The notes under the pieces are model-generated. The model saw nothing but the letters and a program-made list of their open reading frames with translations, made no database searches and had not been told where the DNA came from. From the NCBI RefSeq assembly GCF_964213995.1, contig NW_027592381.1, positions 1-55,980 on the forward strand: a stretch of 55,980 bases of DNA, given 5' to 3'. The DNA comes from Mustelus asterias (taxonomy: Eukaryota). Below, one piece after another: positions 1 to 10,328 of the stretch. Position 1 is the stretch's first letter. Every line of letters begins with the position of its first letter. Position numbers and translations under genes: made by a program.

Positions 1-23
1 CTCTGTCGTCTCAGCTCCCTGGC

Positions 24-30
24 ATATAAA
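24..30 (+). promoter_or_regulatory. TATA-like box of NAR-TCR V cassette 1
   Basis: ATATAAA about 25 bp upstream of the leader ATG at 55; the same motif precedes the paralogous leader on the minus strand (~10834-10840). Confidence 0.55.
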
Positions 31-54
31 CCGTCAGCTCCAGACAGCAGAACG

Positions 55-94
55 ATGGGAATCCTTGTTTTCACCCTGTGTGCCTGTTTACCCT
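55..94 (+). pseudogene. Leader exon of NAR-TCR V1 (MGILVFTLCACLP), splice donor disrupted
   Basis: Hydrophobic leader homologous to 10768-10810; the donor reads T|GATGAGT instead of C|GTGAGT, giving an in-frame TGA. Confidence 0.8.
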
Positions 95-244
95 GATGAG
101 TACCGATCAAACTAACCCACATTGTGTGGATTGAATATAAAGCTGCCTCGTGTTCATCTCAATTACAGACACTGTCTCGGATTTTAGCCCCTTTGTTTGG
201 TTCGGCTCTGATGGTCCATTAAACTCTCTGTGTTTAATTTCCAG

Positions 245-535
245 GATCTTTCAATCAGCCAGTGACACAGAGCCTGGCAGCGTTGACCAGGAAGGAGTGT
301 CAGTCTCTTACCATCACCTGTGTTTTCTGTGAAGTTCATGATTTAGAAAATGGTCATTTTTTCAGACAAATCCAGACCGGGATGGAGCAGGAGCGGGTCA
401 CCAGCGGAGGGAGATTTATTGTATTGGTGAATAAAGCAGAAAAGACATTTTCACTGGAAATTCGGGATGTGAAAGTTGAAGACAGTGCCACCTATTACTG
501 TAACGTTCAGCACTGGTACTACTCACATAGGACAC
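245..535 (+). pseudogene. NAR-TCR V segment 1 (IgNAR-like V, open frame, defective signals)
   Basis: Acceptor ttccag|GA (phase 1); VTQS..KECQSLTITC..GHFFRQ..ERVTSGGRF..TFSLEIRDVKVEDSATYYC; short C'-C'' region as in VNAR; non-canonical FR1 Cys typical of NAR-TCR V. Confidence 0.85.
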
Positions 536-563
536 CGCATTCGGAGAGAGTTCGACAAAAACC
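536..563 (+). other. Degenerate 12-RSS of NAR-TCR V1
   Basis: CGCATTC + 12 bp + ACAAAAACC; aligns with the intact CACAGTG-12-ACAAATACT of cassette 2. Confidence 0.8.
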
Positions 564-897
564 TCAGGATAATCAAAACAGTAATTCCCATCAATTCCCA
601 TGTTCGGTAACTTGACTTGTCGGTTTGATGTTATTCCCAGTTCAATCTAGTTTAATTTCATTTTAATTTCCACCTATCAGTAATAATTCTTCCAGGTTTT
701 TCGCCATTAATAAGAATCTTGCATCTCTGCTCCTGTTCCTGGGATATTTTACCAGGAACTCAGAGAGTCACAAGGAAAAGTTTGATCCAATGAGGTTTTT
801 TTTAAACAACCAATGTTCATTATGGATTCAAATCCCCTGAATAACCGAGAAACACTGATTGCTCGGTAATGGCTGCTCGGCAGTTTGAGGTGTCAGT

Positions 898-936
898 CAT
901 TCTTGTGCTGGGCTGACTGAGAGCGCTGACACTGTG
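898..936 (-). other. 23-RSS 5' of NAR-TCR J1
   Basis: Plus strand reads CATTCTTGT + 23 bp + CACTGTG immediately before the J coding sequence. Confidence 0.85.
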
Positions 937-988
937 GGGAGAATGGAGATTGCAGATGGGTCTGGGGCGGTGGTGACTGCCACAGCCG
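937..988 (+). CDS. NAR-TCR J segment 1 (GRMEIADGSGAVVTATA-G)
   Basis: DGSGxVVT motif like IgNAR J; phase-1 donor G|GTAGGT matches the phase-1 acceptor of the supporting Vdelta at 4134. Confidence 0.85.
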
Positions 989-1283
989 GTAGGTGACTCC
1001 TAATCCTATTGTGTTGCAGCCTGTTTAGGCTAGTGTTCACCGTCAGTTTAAATTCGTTATCAGCATCACTTCAATTCTCTGCTTCTAAAGCAGGGTGCTT
1101 TCCAGTGGAAGATTTTCAATTGCAGATTTAGACTTGGGAGCAGATTAAGAAACCGAAGAGTCTCACTACTCGAAGAGTCAGGCTATGAGACCAGATTGAA
1201 GCAATGTGAGAACCCGAAGGACAGGTATCCCACAGGGAAGGAGGTTCAGCTCACTCGATCTGGACTATTATTGGTTTAAGGAA

Positions 1284-1830
1284 CAGTAAAAAGTCTCACA
1301 ACGCTAGATTAAAGGCCAACGGGTTTATTTGGAATCACGAGCTTTCGGAGCGCTGCTCCTTTCTCAGGTGAGTGGAGAGTTGGGTTCACAACACGGCATA
1401 TATAGACAGAAACACAATTGCAAGACAATGGTTGGAATGCAAGTCTTTACAGGTAATCAAGTCTTTACAGGCGCAGAGAACGCGAGTGGAGAGAAGAATA
1501 ATCACAGGTTAAAGAGGTGCGAATTGTCTCAAGCCAGGACAGATGGTAGGACTTTGCAAGCCCAGGGAAAATGATGGAGGTTACATGTATTGTGACATGA
1601 ACCTAAGATCCCGGCTGAGGCCGTCCTCAAAGATTCGCATTCCAACCATTACCTTGGAATTGCGTCTATGTGTATATGTGCCGTGTTTGCAAACCCAACT
1701 CTCCACTCACCTGAGGAAGTAGCTGCACTCCGAAAGCTCGTGATTCCAAATAAGGCTGTTGGACTTTAACCTGGTGTTGTGCGACTTCTTACCGTGCCCA
1801 CCCCATTCCAACGCCGGCATCTCCAAATCA
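1284..1830. mobile_element. Penelope-like 3'-end fragment with inverted arms and hammerhead motifs
   Basis: Arms similar to the 3' end of the element at 4489-6901 in both orientations; flanked by direct repeat TGGTTTAAGGAA (1272-1283, 1831-1842); CTGAGGA...GAAA at 1711-1735. Confidence 0.75.
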
Positions 1831-2439
1831 TGGTTTAAGGAAGGCATCGGTTAATCCTCACAACTGCCTGCACTCTCACACTCCTAACTGGTTTCAGTGA
1901 GCGCCCATTAGGGGAGGCCGTGACCAAGAGGAATTATCACTGGACAATGAATTCAAAAACACAGCTAAAGTTCTGGGAACCCGCCAGGGCAGATGGTGGA
2001 ATTTCAATTCAATAAACATATCTGGAATTATGAATCTACTGATGACCATGAAACCGGTAAGACATGAAAAACGGCATTGAAACACCGAACATTATGTTGT
2101 AGTTTCAAGGAGTTCCATGTGCAGAAACTGGTCCTTCGGTGGGAGAGCTGTTTCTTTCTTTAAATCATTCGTGTGAAATGGCGTCGCTGGTTGGCCATCA
2201 TTTATTGTGCATTCCTGGTCGCCCTTCAAATCAATGGCTGGCTTGGCCATTTTTAAGGGCAGTTGAGAGTCAATCACATTGCTGTGGCACTTTCTAAACA
2301 TCCGAAATGGTTTCACGGTCAGCAGCAGATACTTAACTTCAGATTTTTAAAATTGAAGTCAAATTCCACCAACTGCCGAGGCAGGATTCGAACCAGGGTC
2401 CCCAGAAGAACTGGATATTTATATATGAAATATGAAATG

Positions 2440-2652
2440 TCTATCAGAAGAGATAGACATGTTTAGAATATGTTTAAATCACGGGTAGATAGTTTTCTGA
2501 TCGATAAGGGAATTAGGGGATATGGGGAGCAGGCGGGTAAGTGGAACTGATTCGCTTCAGATCAGCCATGATCTTGTTGAATGGCGGGGCAGGCTCGAAG
2601 GGCCAGATGGCCTACTCCTGCTCCTATTTCTTATGTTCTTATGTTCTTATGA
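2440..2652 (+). mobile_element. CR1-type LINE 3' end
   Basis: ...gatcttgttgaatggcggggcaggctcgaagggccagatggcctactcctgctcct followed by a (ttcttatg)n tail. Confidence 0.7.
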
Positions 2653-3711
2653 TAGAAACATTCGGGTATATTTACACGGAGACACATCAGAATGTGAAAC
2701 TCGCTCTTTGGAGAAACGGCGTGATGCATTTATGGCACAGCTTGGGAGAGAGGAATAAAAAGACACACAGCTCAGGATGTAAATGGTTATTTCGGGTTCG
2801 AGAGGTGAACGGGCGTCCGAGGACAATCTTCGACCAGCTGGACTGAGTGGCCTATTCGTGTTAAGTGGAAAGTGTAGAATGTTAAACTCAGAGACTATTG
2901 TGTTCGGAAAGGACAGGGAACAATCAGCCAATGGACTAAAAGGATTGAAATTCTCACATACCCTGAAGGCAGTTCCCAGTGAGTAACAGTAAAACCACTG
3001 CGGAAACTGAACAGACTGAACCAACCGACAACTGAGAGAAATTAGGGCAAGTTTTCATGACGGTTAGAAACCGCCATGAACAGACAGAAAACAACTCAGA
3101 TGTAGAAATAAAATGAAATCAACTTGCAAATATTTCTAATGGAAGTAAAACGGTAGAATTGATGGACGGAAACAGACAAAGAGCCCAACGGCAGACAGGA
3201 GTTACCTTGTAGTGTTGAACTGCGGCCAAAGGTCGATTTTTGACCCACAGGTATACATTGTCATTTCGGATTAATAGGTGCGGACGAAAATCTCTATTCT
3301 GTGCTGAACCTTGAGATTTACAGGTTCACAAGACTGCCCGATTTTCTTTCGGGCAATCAAATCTAGACAGCAATTAATTCACTGAAAAGAAGAGTGAACT
3401 TTACGATTTAGTTTTCTGGTTCGCACTTCACCAATATATTTATTAGAAGATATTTAATAAAAATAGAATCATACTCCGCAAAAAAAACACAATTCTGTCA
3501 GTAATTTGAAGGTTCTGCCAATGTACCTATTCGCTCTTCTTTGGTCCCCACTGGAATCCTGTCCTGTCCCAGAAGTTTCTCCCCCTCAATTACCGTTTGA
3601 AAGTTAATGCTAAGTCTGCTCCCAGCATCAGCCCTTCCGCATGCCCTTCAGGTGACTGCAATTCTCTGTGCAAAAAGGTCTGAAGATCTGCCACGCTTGT
3701 TTATTTCCAAT

Positions 3712-4026
3712 TCAAATTCACAGAATCCCAACAGGGCAGAAAGAGGTCATTCGGCCTATCGAGTCTGCACCGACCACGTCCCACCCAGTCCCAGGCTCTA
3801 TTCCCATAACCCCACATATTTGCCTTTCTAATCTCCCTCTGGCACGAGGGTCAATGTCGATCAACGTAATCTGCACATTTTTGGACTGGGGGAGGAAGCC
3901 AGAGCACCCGGAGGAAACCCAAACGGTCACGGGGAGAACAGGCAAGCAGTGACCCGAGCGTGAAATTGAACCTGGGTCCCTGGCGCTGTGAGGCAACATT
4001 GGTAACTGTGTCACTGCGCCGCCCCC
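3712..4026 (-). mobile_element. tRNA-derived V-SINE (HE1-like)
   Basis: A/B-box head and the conserved TGGGTTTCCTCCGGGTGCTC..TTCCTCCC core on the minus strand; similar copies at 20465 and 53280. Confidence 0.75.
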
Positions 4027-4133
4027 AAATTCAATTAAACAAATTGCTGCAACAGCCAGGTATTAACCCGATTGACAAGTTTCCAGGATAAACGGCGACG
4101 AAACAAACAATTCATTTTATTTCTACACTGCAG

Positions 4134-4439
4134 ATTCCAGCTCACCTGTGTCACCAAGTTCCCTTCTACAAACATCTGCTGCCGGCGACACGGTTATGTT
4201 AAGTTATGAATATTCAGGTTTCTGTCAGGACACAGTACACTGGTACCGTCAGACCAGAGGACAGACTCCGAAGTGCCTGCTTCAGACATACACTTCAGGA
4301 GACGAGAATAAAGCAAACGCTGTCGCGGGGAGAATTTCTGCTTCTATCGAATCTTCAGTCAAAATCAGCCGGTTAAAGATCTCCAAACTTCAACTGAGCG
4401 ACTCCGCTGTTTATTACTGTGAAATGAGTTGGCGCACAG
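4134..4439 (+). pseudogene. Supporting TCR delta V segment 1 (leaderless, CDR1 Cys); first canonical Cys lost
   Basis: Acceptor ctgcag|AT; GDTVMLSYEYSGFCQDTVHWYRQ...LQLSDSAVYYC; no leader exon seen; Cys23 replaced by Tyr; RSS CATAGTG-23-ACAAAAACC at 4440-4478. Confidence 0.85.
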
Positions 4440-4478
4440 CATAGTGTCACAGAACACGGAGACAGCTGTACAAAAACC
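4440..4478 (+). other. 23-RSS of supporting Vdelta 1 (unit 0 of the tandem array)
   Basis: CATAGTG + 23 bp + ACAAAAACC, followed by TGAACATGGT, the start of the array linker. Confidence 0.85.
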
Positions 4479-4488
4479 TGAACATGGT

Positions 4489-6901
4489 TCAGAGGAATTC
4501 ATCAGGCGAATGAGGCTGCGGGAGTTCTTCCACAAACCCCAAGAGGCCAACAGCGAACACAATGAGACAGCTAATGAACCGGAACAGCAGACAGAGAGAC
4601 CCGCAGTGCAACCGAAGAGGAAAGAGTCGAATTGGACTCCTCTGGAAGGCCGCTGCCCTCGACTTGACATGTATGCCCAAGCCATCAGGAGGTGCGTCAA
4701 CACCAAATTCATCAGCCGAACTCACAAGACAGCACCGAACATCACCCAAGCACAACGCAACGCCATCCACGCTCTCAAGACCAACCGCAACATTGTCATC
4801 AAACCAGCAGACAAAGGAGGGGCCATCGTCATACTGAACAGAACGGATTACTGCAAAGAAGTGCACCGACAACTAAACAACGAGGAACACTACGGAGAGT
4901 TACCCACAGATCCGACCAAAGAACACACCCGTCAACTCAACACTCTGATCAAAACCTTTGATCCGGACCTTCAGAGCACCCTCCGTGCTCTCATCCCACG
5001 TACTCCACGCGTTGGAGATCTCTACTGCCTCCCAAAAATACACAAGGCAAACACACCCGGCCGTCCCATCGTTTCAGGAAACGGAACCCTGTGCGAGAAC
5101 CTCTCCGGCTATGTCGAGGGCATCTTGAAACCCATTGTACAAAGAACCCCCAGCTTTTGTCGCGACACTACGGACTTCCTACAGAAACTCAACACACGTG
5201 GAGCAGTTGAACCAGGAGCACTCCTCGTCACAATGGATGTCTCGGCGCTCTACCACCAGCATCCCCCACGATGATGGCATTGCTGCAACGGCCTCAGTAC
5301 TCAATACCGTCAACTGCCAGTTTCCAGATGCAATTTTACAACTCATCCGCTTCATCCTGGACCACAATATCTTCACCTTCAACAGCCAGTTCTTCATCCA
5401 GACACACGGAACAGCCATGGGGACAAAATTCGCACCTCAATATGCCAACATCTTCATGCACAGGTTCGAACAAGACTTCTTCACCGCACAGGACCTTCAA
5501 CCGATGCTCTACACTAGATACATCGATGACATTTTCTTCCTTTGGAGCCATGGTGAGCAATCACTGAAACAACTATATGATGACATCAACAAGTTCCATC
5601 CCACCATCAGACTCACCATGGACTACTCTCCGGAATCGGTTGCATTCTTGGACACACGCATCTCCATTAAGGATGGTCACCTCAGCACCTCACTGTACCG
5701 CAAGCCCACGGATAACCTCATGATGCTCCACTTCTCCAGCTTCCACCCTAAACACGTAAAAGAAGCCATCCCCTACGGACAAGCCCTCCGAATACACAGG
5801 ATCTGCTCGGATGAGGAGGATCGCAACAGACACCTCCAGACGCTGAAAGATGCCCTCATAAGAACAGGATATGGCGCCCGACTCATCGATCAACAGTTCC
5901 GACGCGCCACAGCGAAAAACCGCACCGACCTCCTCAGAAGACAAAAACGGGACACGGTGGACAGAGTACCCTTCCTCGTCCAGTACTTCCCCGGAGCGGA
6001 GAAGCTACGGCAACTCCTCCGGAGCCTTCAACATGTCATTGATGAAGACGAACATCTCGCCAAGGCCATCCCCACACCCCCACTTCTTGCCTTCAAACAA
6101 CCACGCAACCTCAAACAGACCATTGTCCGCAGCAAACTACCCAGCCTTCATGAGAACAGTGACCACGACACCATACAACCCTGCCACAGCAACCTCTGCA
6201 AGACGTGCCGGATCATCAACATGGATGCCATCATCTCATGTGAGAACACCATCTACCAGGTACACGGTACCTACTCGTGCAACTCGGCCAACGTTGTCTA
6301 CCTGATACGCTGCAAGAAAGGATGTCCCAAGGCATGGTACATTGGGGAAACCATGCAGACGCTACGACAACGGATGAATGAACACCGCTCGACAATCACC
6401 AGGCAAGACTGTTCTCTTCCTGTGGGGGAGCACTTCAGCAGTCACGGGCATTCAGCCTTGGATCTTCAGGTAAGCGTTCTCCAAGGCGGCCTTCACGACA
6501 CACGACAGCGCAGAGTCACTGAGCAGAAACTGATAGCCAAGTTCCGCACACATGAGGACGGTCTAAACCGGGATGTTGGATTTATGTCACATTATCAGTA
6601 ACCCCCACAGCTTGCCTCCTGGACTTGCACAATTTCACAAGCTGTACTGTCTGGAGACAATACACATCTCTTTAACCTGTGTTGAATGCTCCCTCCACCC
6701 ACATTGTCTGTACATTTAAGACCTGGCTGGCTGTAGAGATTTGCATTCTAATCAGTATTCTGTAACTTGATTTCTGTGTCTGTGCCCTGTTTGAGAACAG
6801 AGACCACTCCATCTGACGAAGGAGCTCTGCTCCGAAAGCTTATGGTATTTGCTACCAAATAAACCTGTTGGACTTTAACCTGGTGTTGTGAGACTTCTTA
6901 C
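4489..6901 (+). mobile_element. Penelope-like retroelement (RT + GIY-YIG endonuclease), 5'-truncated, one frameshift near 5255
   Basis: KPADKGG, LPKIHK, GRPIVS, GTAMG, RYIDD RT motifs; VYLIRC..YIGET..RMNEH GIY-YIG motif; stop at 6601; 3' region with hammerhead core and AATAAA. Confidence 0.95.
6805..6846 (+). ncRNA. Minimal hammerhead ribozyme motif in the Penelope 3' repeat
   Basis: CTGACGA - GGAGC/GCTCC stem - GAAA - GCTTA; minimal hammerheads are an established feature of Penelope-like elements. Confidence 0.7.
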
Positions 6902-7211
6902 GATGATTACAGACACAGTGATTTGGTAGACGGAAAAAGCTTTACAAAAACCTGAACATGGTGATGATTACAGACAGAGTGATTTGGTACACGGAAACAG
7001 CTTTCCAGAAACCTGAACATGGTGAGAATTACAGACATTGTGATGAAGAACACGGAGAGAACTGTACAAAGGCCTGAATATGGTGAAGTTTACAGGCACA
7101 GTGATTTCGAACACGGAAACAGCTAGACGGAGACCTGAACATTGTGAGGATTACAGACATAGTGATACAGAACACGGAGAGCTGAACAAAAGCCTGAAGA
7201 TGAATTACAGA
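6902..7211 (+). repeat. Tandem array of 23-RSS units, 61-bp period (5 further units of cassette 1)
   Basis: Heptamers at 6914 (CACAGTG), 6975 (CAGAGTG), 7036 (CATTGTG), 7097 (CACAGTG), 7158 (CATAGTG), each followed after 23 bp (21 in the last) by an ACAAAAACC-like nonamer and a 22-bp linker. Confidence 0.92.
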
Positions 7212-7215
7212 TTCT

Positions 7216-7518
7216 TGTAGTCCTCACCATGTCCATGTTTTTGCACAACTCTCTCCTTGTTCTGTATCACTGTGTCTGAAATCCTCACCATGTTCAGGTT
7301 TCTGTCCAGCTCTCTCCGTGTTCTGTCTGACTGTGTCTGTAAGCCTCACCATGTTCAAGTTTCTGTATGGCTCTCTCCGTCTTCTGCATCACTGTGTCTG
7401 TAAGCCTCACCATGTTCAAGTTTCTGTACAGCTCTCTCCGTGTTCTGTCTCACTGTGTCTGTAAGCCTCACCATGTTCAAGTTTCTGTACGGCTCTCTCC
7501 CTGTTCTGCATCACTGTG
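7216..7518 (-). repeat. Tandem array of 23-RSS units, 61-bp period (5 units, cassette 2)
   Basis: Heptamers at 7512-7518, 7451-7457, 7390-7396, 7329-7335 (CACAGTC), 7268-7274; nonamers ACAGAAACT x3, ACAGAAACC, GCAAAAACA, all at 23 bp. Confidence 0.93.
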
Positions 7519-7824
7519 CTGTGTGCCGACTCAGTGCACAGTAATACACAGCGGAGTCGCTCAATTGCAGCTTGGAGATCATTAACCAACTGATTTTTTC
7601 GACTGGGTCGACAAAAGCAGAAATTCTCGCCCCGGCAGCGTTTTCTTTGCTCTCCTCGCCTGATGTGTGTCTCATAAGCAGGTATTTTGGAGTTTGTCCT
7701 GGAGACTGACGGTACCAGTACAGTGTGTGTTGACAACGTCCCTGATATTTGCAGTTTAAAGTAATGGTGTCGCCAGCAGCACACGTTTGGAGAGACGAAT
7801 TCTGTGCCACAGATGAACTGGATT
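7519..7824 (-). CDS. Supporting TCR delta V segment 2 (leaderless, CDR1 Cys), apparently intact
   Basis: Acceptor ctgcag|AA; GDTITLNCKYQGRCQHTLYWYRQSPGQTPKYLL...LQLSDSAVYYCALS; canonical Cys/Trp/Cys; CACAGTG-23-ACAGAAACT. Confidence 0.9.
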
Positions 7825-7979
7825 CTGCAGAACCAATAAAATAATGCACAATATTTCTATGATGCCATTACCTGCGTTGCATGTTAGTTTGCCCGGGGAA
7901 ACATAATCGCGTCAATAGCTGACCATTTTGCCGCAATTGTTTCATTGAAGGGTGTTCGACATGTATTAGCTATAATTGA

Positions 7980-8365
7980 GGAGACGGTGCCATAGTGGTA
8001 TTGTCACTGGATTAGTTAATCCAGAGATTTAGTAATCCACGGAATGCCCTGGGGACACGGGTACGAACGGTACCACGGCCGATGGTGAAATTTGAATTTC
8101 AATTCAATCTTGAATTAATTCAAAAAAAAATGTTGAAGCAATGTCTAATGATGACCATGGAACCATTGCCACTTGTCGTTAAAACCACATCTGTTTCTCG
8201 AAGGTCCTTTTGGGAAGAAAATCTGCCATTCGTATCTGGTCTGGCCGCCATGTGACTCCAGGTCCACAACAATATGGTTGCCTCTTAAATGCCCTCTAAA
8301 TGGGCTTCACAAGCCACCCAGTTCAAAGGCAATTAGGAACACCCACATCCCGAGAATGAATTGAA
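7980..8365 (+). mobile_element. tRNA-headed SINE (Deu/SacSINE1-like), degraded
   Basis: tagtggtattgtcactggattag head and ctaatgatgaccatg...aatgtggttg-type core; related fragments at ~1895-2410, 11100-11500, 19720-19850 and 24960-25045. Confidence 0.55.
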
Positions 8366-9877
8366 CAAATGGCAAAAGAGCGAGGGGCAAATATTTAGAT
8401 GATTTTTATTTTATCACACAGCGAATTTTGCTCAATTGGATCCTTTGGAGATGTGATTTTGGGAACATATTCAGCACTCATTTTAAAACCGCCAATGGAA
8501 GAAATATACAGAATCAGATTAGAATTCCGGTGGTTTTGAAGAGTAGGAAGGTAACAGAGGTAAAGTTCAGTAGCACCTGCAAATAATCGCCACTTGGTCA
8601 GAATGATGTCCTTTTCCGGTTTCTCGTTTTATGTTTTATATTTAGTGTCTGCTTCTGTGTATATTGGCGATTTACAAACCTGAGGAAATTACATGAAAGT
8701 TCACTTTTCTCACTATAACAATTGCTGTCCAGAGTTGATTGACTGAGAGTAACCCTACCTTTTTATATCCTGGGTCACATCAAGATTCAAGCGAAGATGG
8801 TCATACTCGCCCAGCGAAACTAATTATGCGAAAATGATATTGCATATCTGTGTCAAAGATCAACCTTTGACTACCGTTTAACTCTTTGCACAGTTTCGTC
8901 CATCGATTCTACAATTTATATTATATATTAGAATGATTTTCAGTTAATACCAGTGGATTTCTAAATCTGAGTTGTTCTCTTTGTGCTGCTTGCGATTTCT
9001 TGCCACCATGAGAACCGGTCCCAGACACTCTCCAATATCAGTTGAGATCAGCATGCTCAGTTTCCCCGATTGACTTGCTCACTGTTACTCACTGTGAAAA
9101 TTGCCTTTTCAAGGTGCCTGAGATTTTCAATTCATTCCATCCATTGGTTGATTGTTCCCCATGCTTTCTGGGCAGAATCCTCTCTGTATTTTATATTATA
9201 TAGACTCTACAGAACAGAAGTAGGCCAGTCGGCTCACAGTACGCTTGTCCTTGCACTGCGCACGTACCTACGCCCCTGTCACACTCGATCCCTAACGAAA
9301 CCTTTGTACACTGAGCACTGTGTCCTTCTCCCTCCTCGATTTTTCACGCCGTCAGAAAAATTCCTTACGCCATTTACTGCAACCACTCCATGTGGTAGCG
9401 CCCTCCACATGCCTCCTAATTTCTTTTTCTTTTATCTCACTGGCATCATATTAAATGTTTCGTTAATCTGAATCGTTTTCTCCACACGTACATTAATGAA
9501 CCTATAAATTAATGCTAAAGATTTATATCAACAACAAAAACTGTAAAATGTTGGCAAACCTCAACAGGTCTGACAGCATCTGTGGAGACAGAATAGAGTC
9601 AACGTTTCCAGTCGGGATGACCCTTCGTAAGAGCCACAGAGGGAATCAAAGTTGACACTAGGACAGAAGTCATAGCTTCAAAATGTGGACCCGACTCCAG
9701 TTTCCTATTCTGCTCCCAAATCTAAAACTGCAATTGAAAATCTTCCACAGAAACCCCCCTTCCCCCACGCTGCTATTGTAGTCACAGCGGATTGAAGAGA
9801 GGCAGACTACAAGAATGAACTGACGGCGAAAACGAACCAGGACATTCTGCAATACGGGGGGATTTGGAGTCACTTAC

Positions 9878-9930
9878 CAGCTGAGACAGTCACCACCGTC
9901 CCAGACCCATCTGTAAATCTCCACTCTCCC
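9878..9930 (-). CDS. NAR-TCR J segment 2 (GEWRFTDGSGTVVTVSA-G)
   Basis: DGSGTVVTVS motif; donor G|GTAAGT; heptamer 9931-9937, 23-bp spacer, nonamer ACAAGAATG at 9961-9969. Confidence 0.9.
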
Positions 9931-9969
9931 CACAGTGTCAGCACTCTCAGTCAGCCCAGCACAAGAATG
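9931..9969 (+). other. 23-RSS of NAR-TCR J2
   Basis: CACAGTG + 23 bp + ACAAGAATG. Confidence 0.88.
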
Positions 9970-10300
9970 ACTTACACGTCAAACTGATGGGGAAAAAATT
10001 ACCGAATAGTCAGCGTTTATCAATTATTCAGGGGTTATAGATCAGCAATGAAGTATGATAGTTTTATAATTCCCATTGGAACAAACTGTTCCTTGGGACA
10101 CTCTGAACTCTTGGCAAAATGGCCCAGGAACGGAGCGGAGATGGACGCTTCGTAGAAATGGAATAAAAAAGTTAAAGAAAGATAACTGAACGGAGGAAAT
10201 TACAACGAAATTAAACCATGTTGCAACGATAATAACCACAACCCGACAAGCTGTGGTCCGTGTCCTGGAAATTATTGCTTCGCTTGTTCAGAAATACTTA

Positions 10301-10328
10301 AGTATTTGTTCTCCTCTCTTCCACTGTG
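10301..10328 (-). other. 12-RSS of NAR-TCR V2
   Basis: CACAGTG + GAAGAGAGGAGA (12 bp) + ACAAATACT on the minus strand. Confidence 0.9.

Noticed and set aside
564-897. D segment between NAR-TCR V and J
   Set aside because: No heptamer pair with correctly spaced nonamers was found here or in the paralogous interval 9970-10300.
4429-4488. Apparent N-terminus of the 281-aa ORF (V/RSS-Penelope fusion protein)
   Set aside because: Chance read-through from a TTG across the RSS into a 5'-truncated retroelement.
7195-7236. Reintegrated RAG signal joint at the array junction
   Set aside because: Signal joints are heptamer-to-heptamer; here the arrays meet at their nonamer/linker ends.
6902-7518. CRISPR-like array
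   Set aside because: The whole 61-bp unit is repeated with no unique spacers, there are no cas genes, the context is vertebrate, and the units are RSSs.
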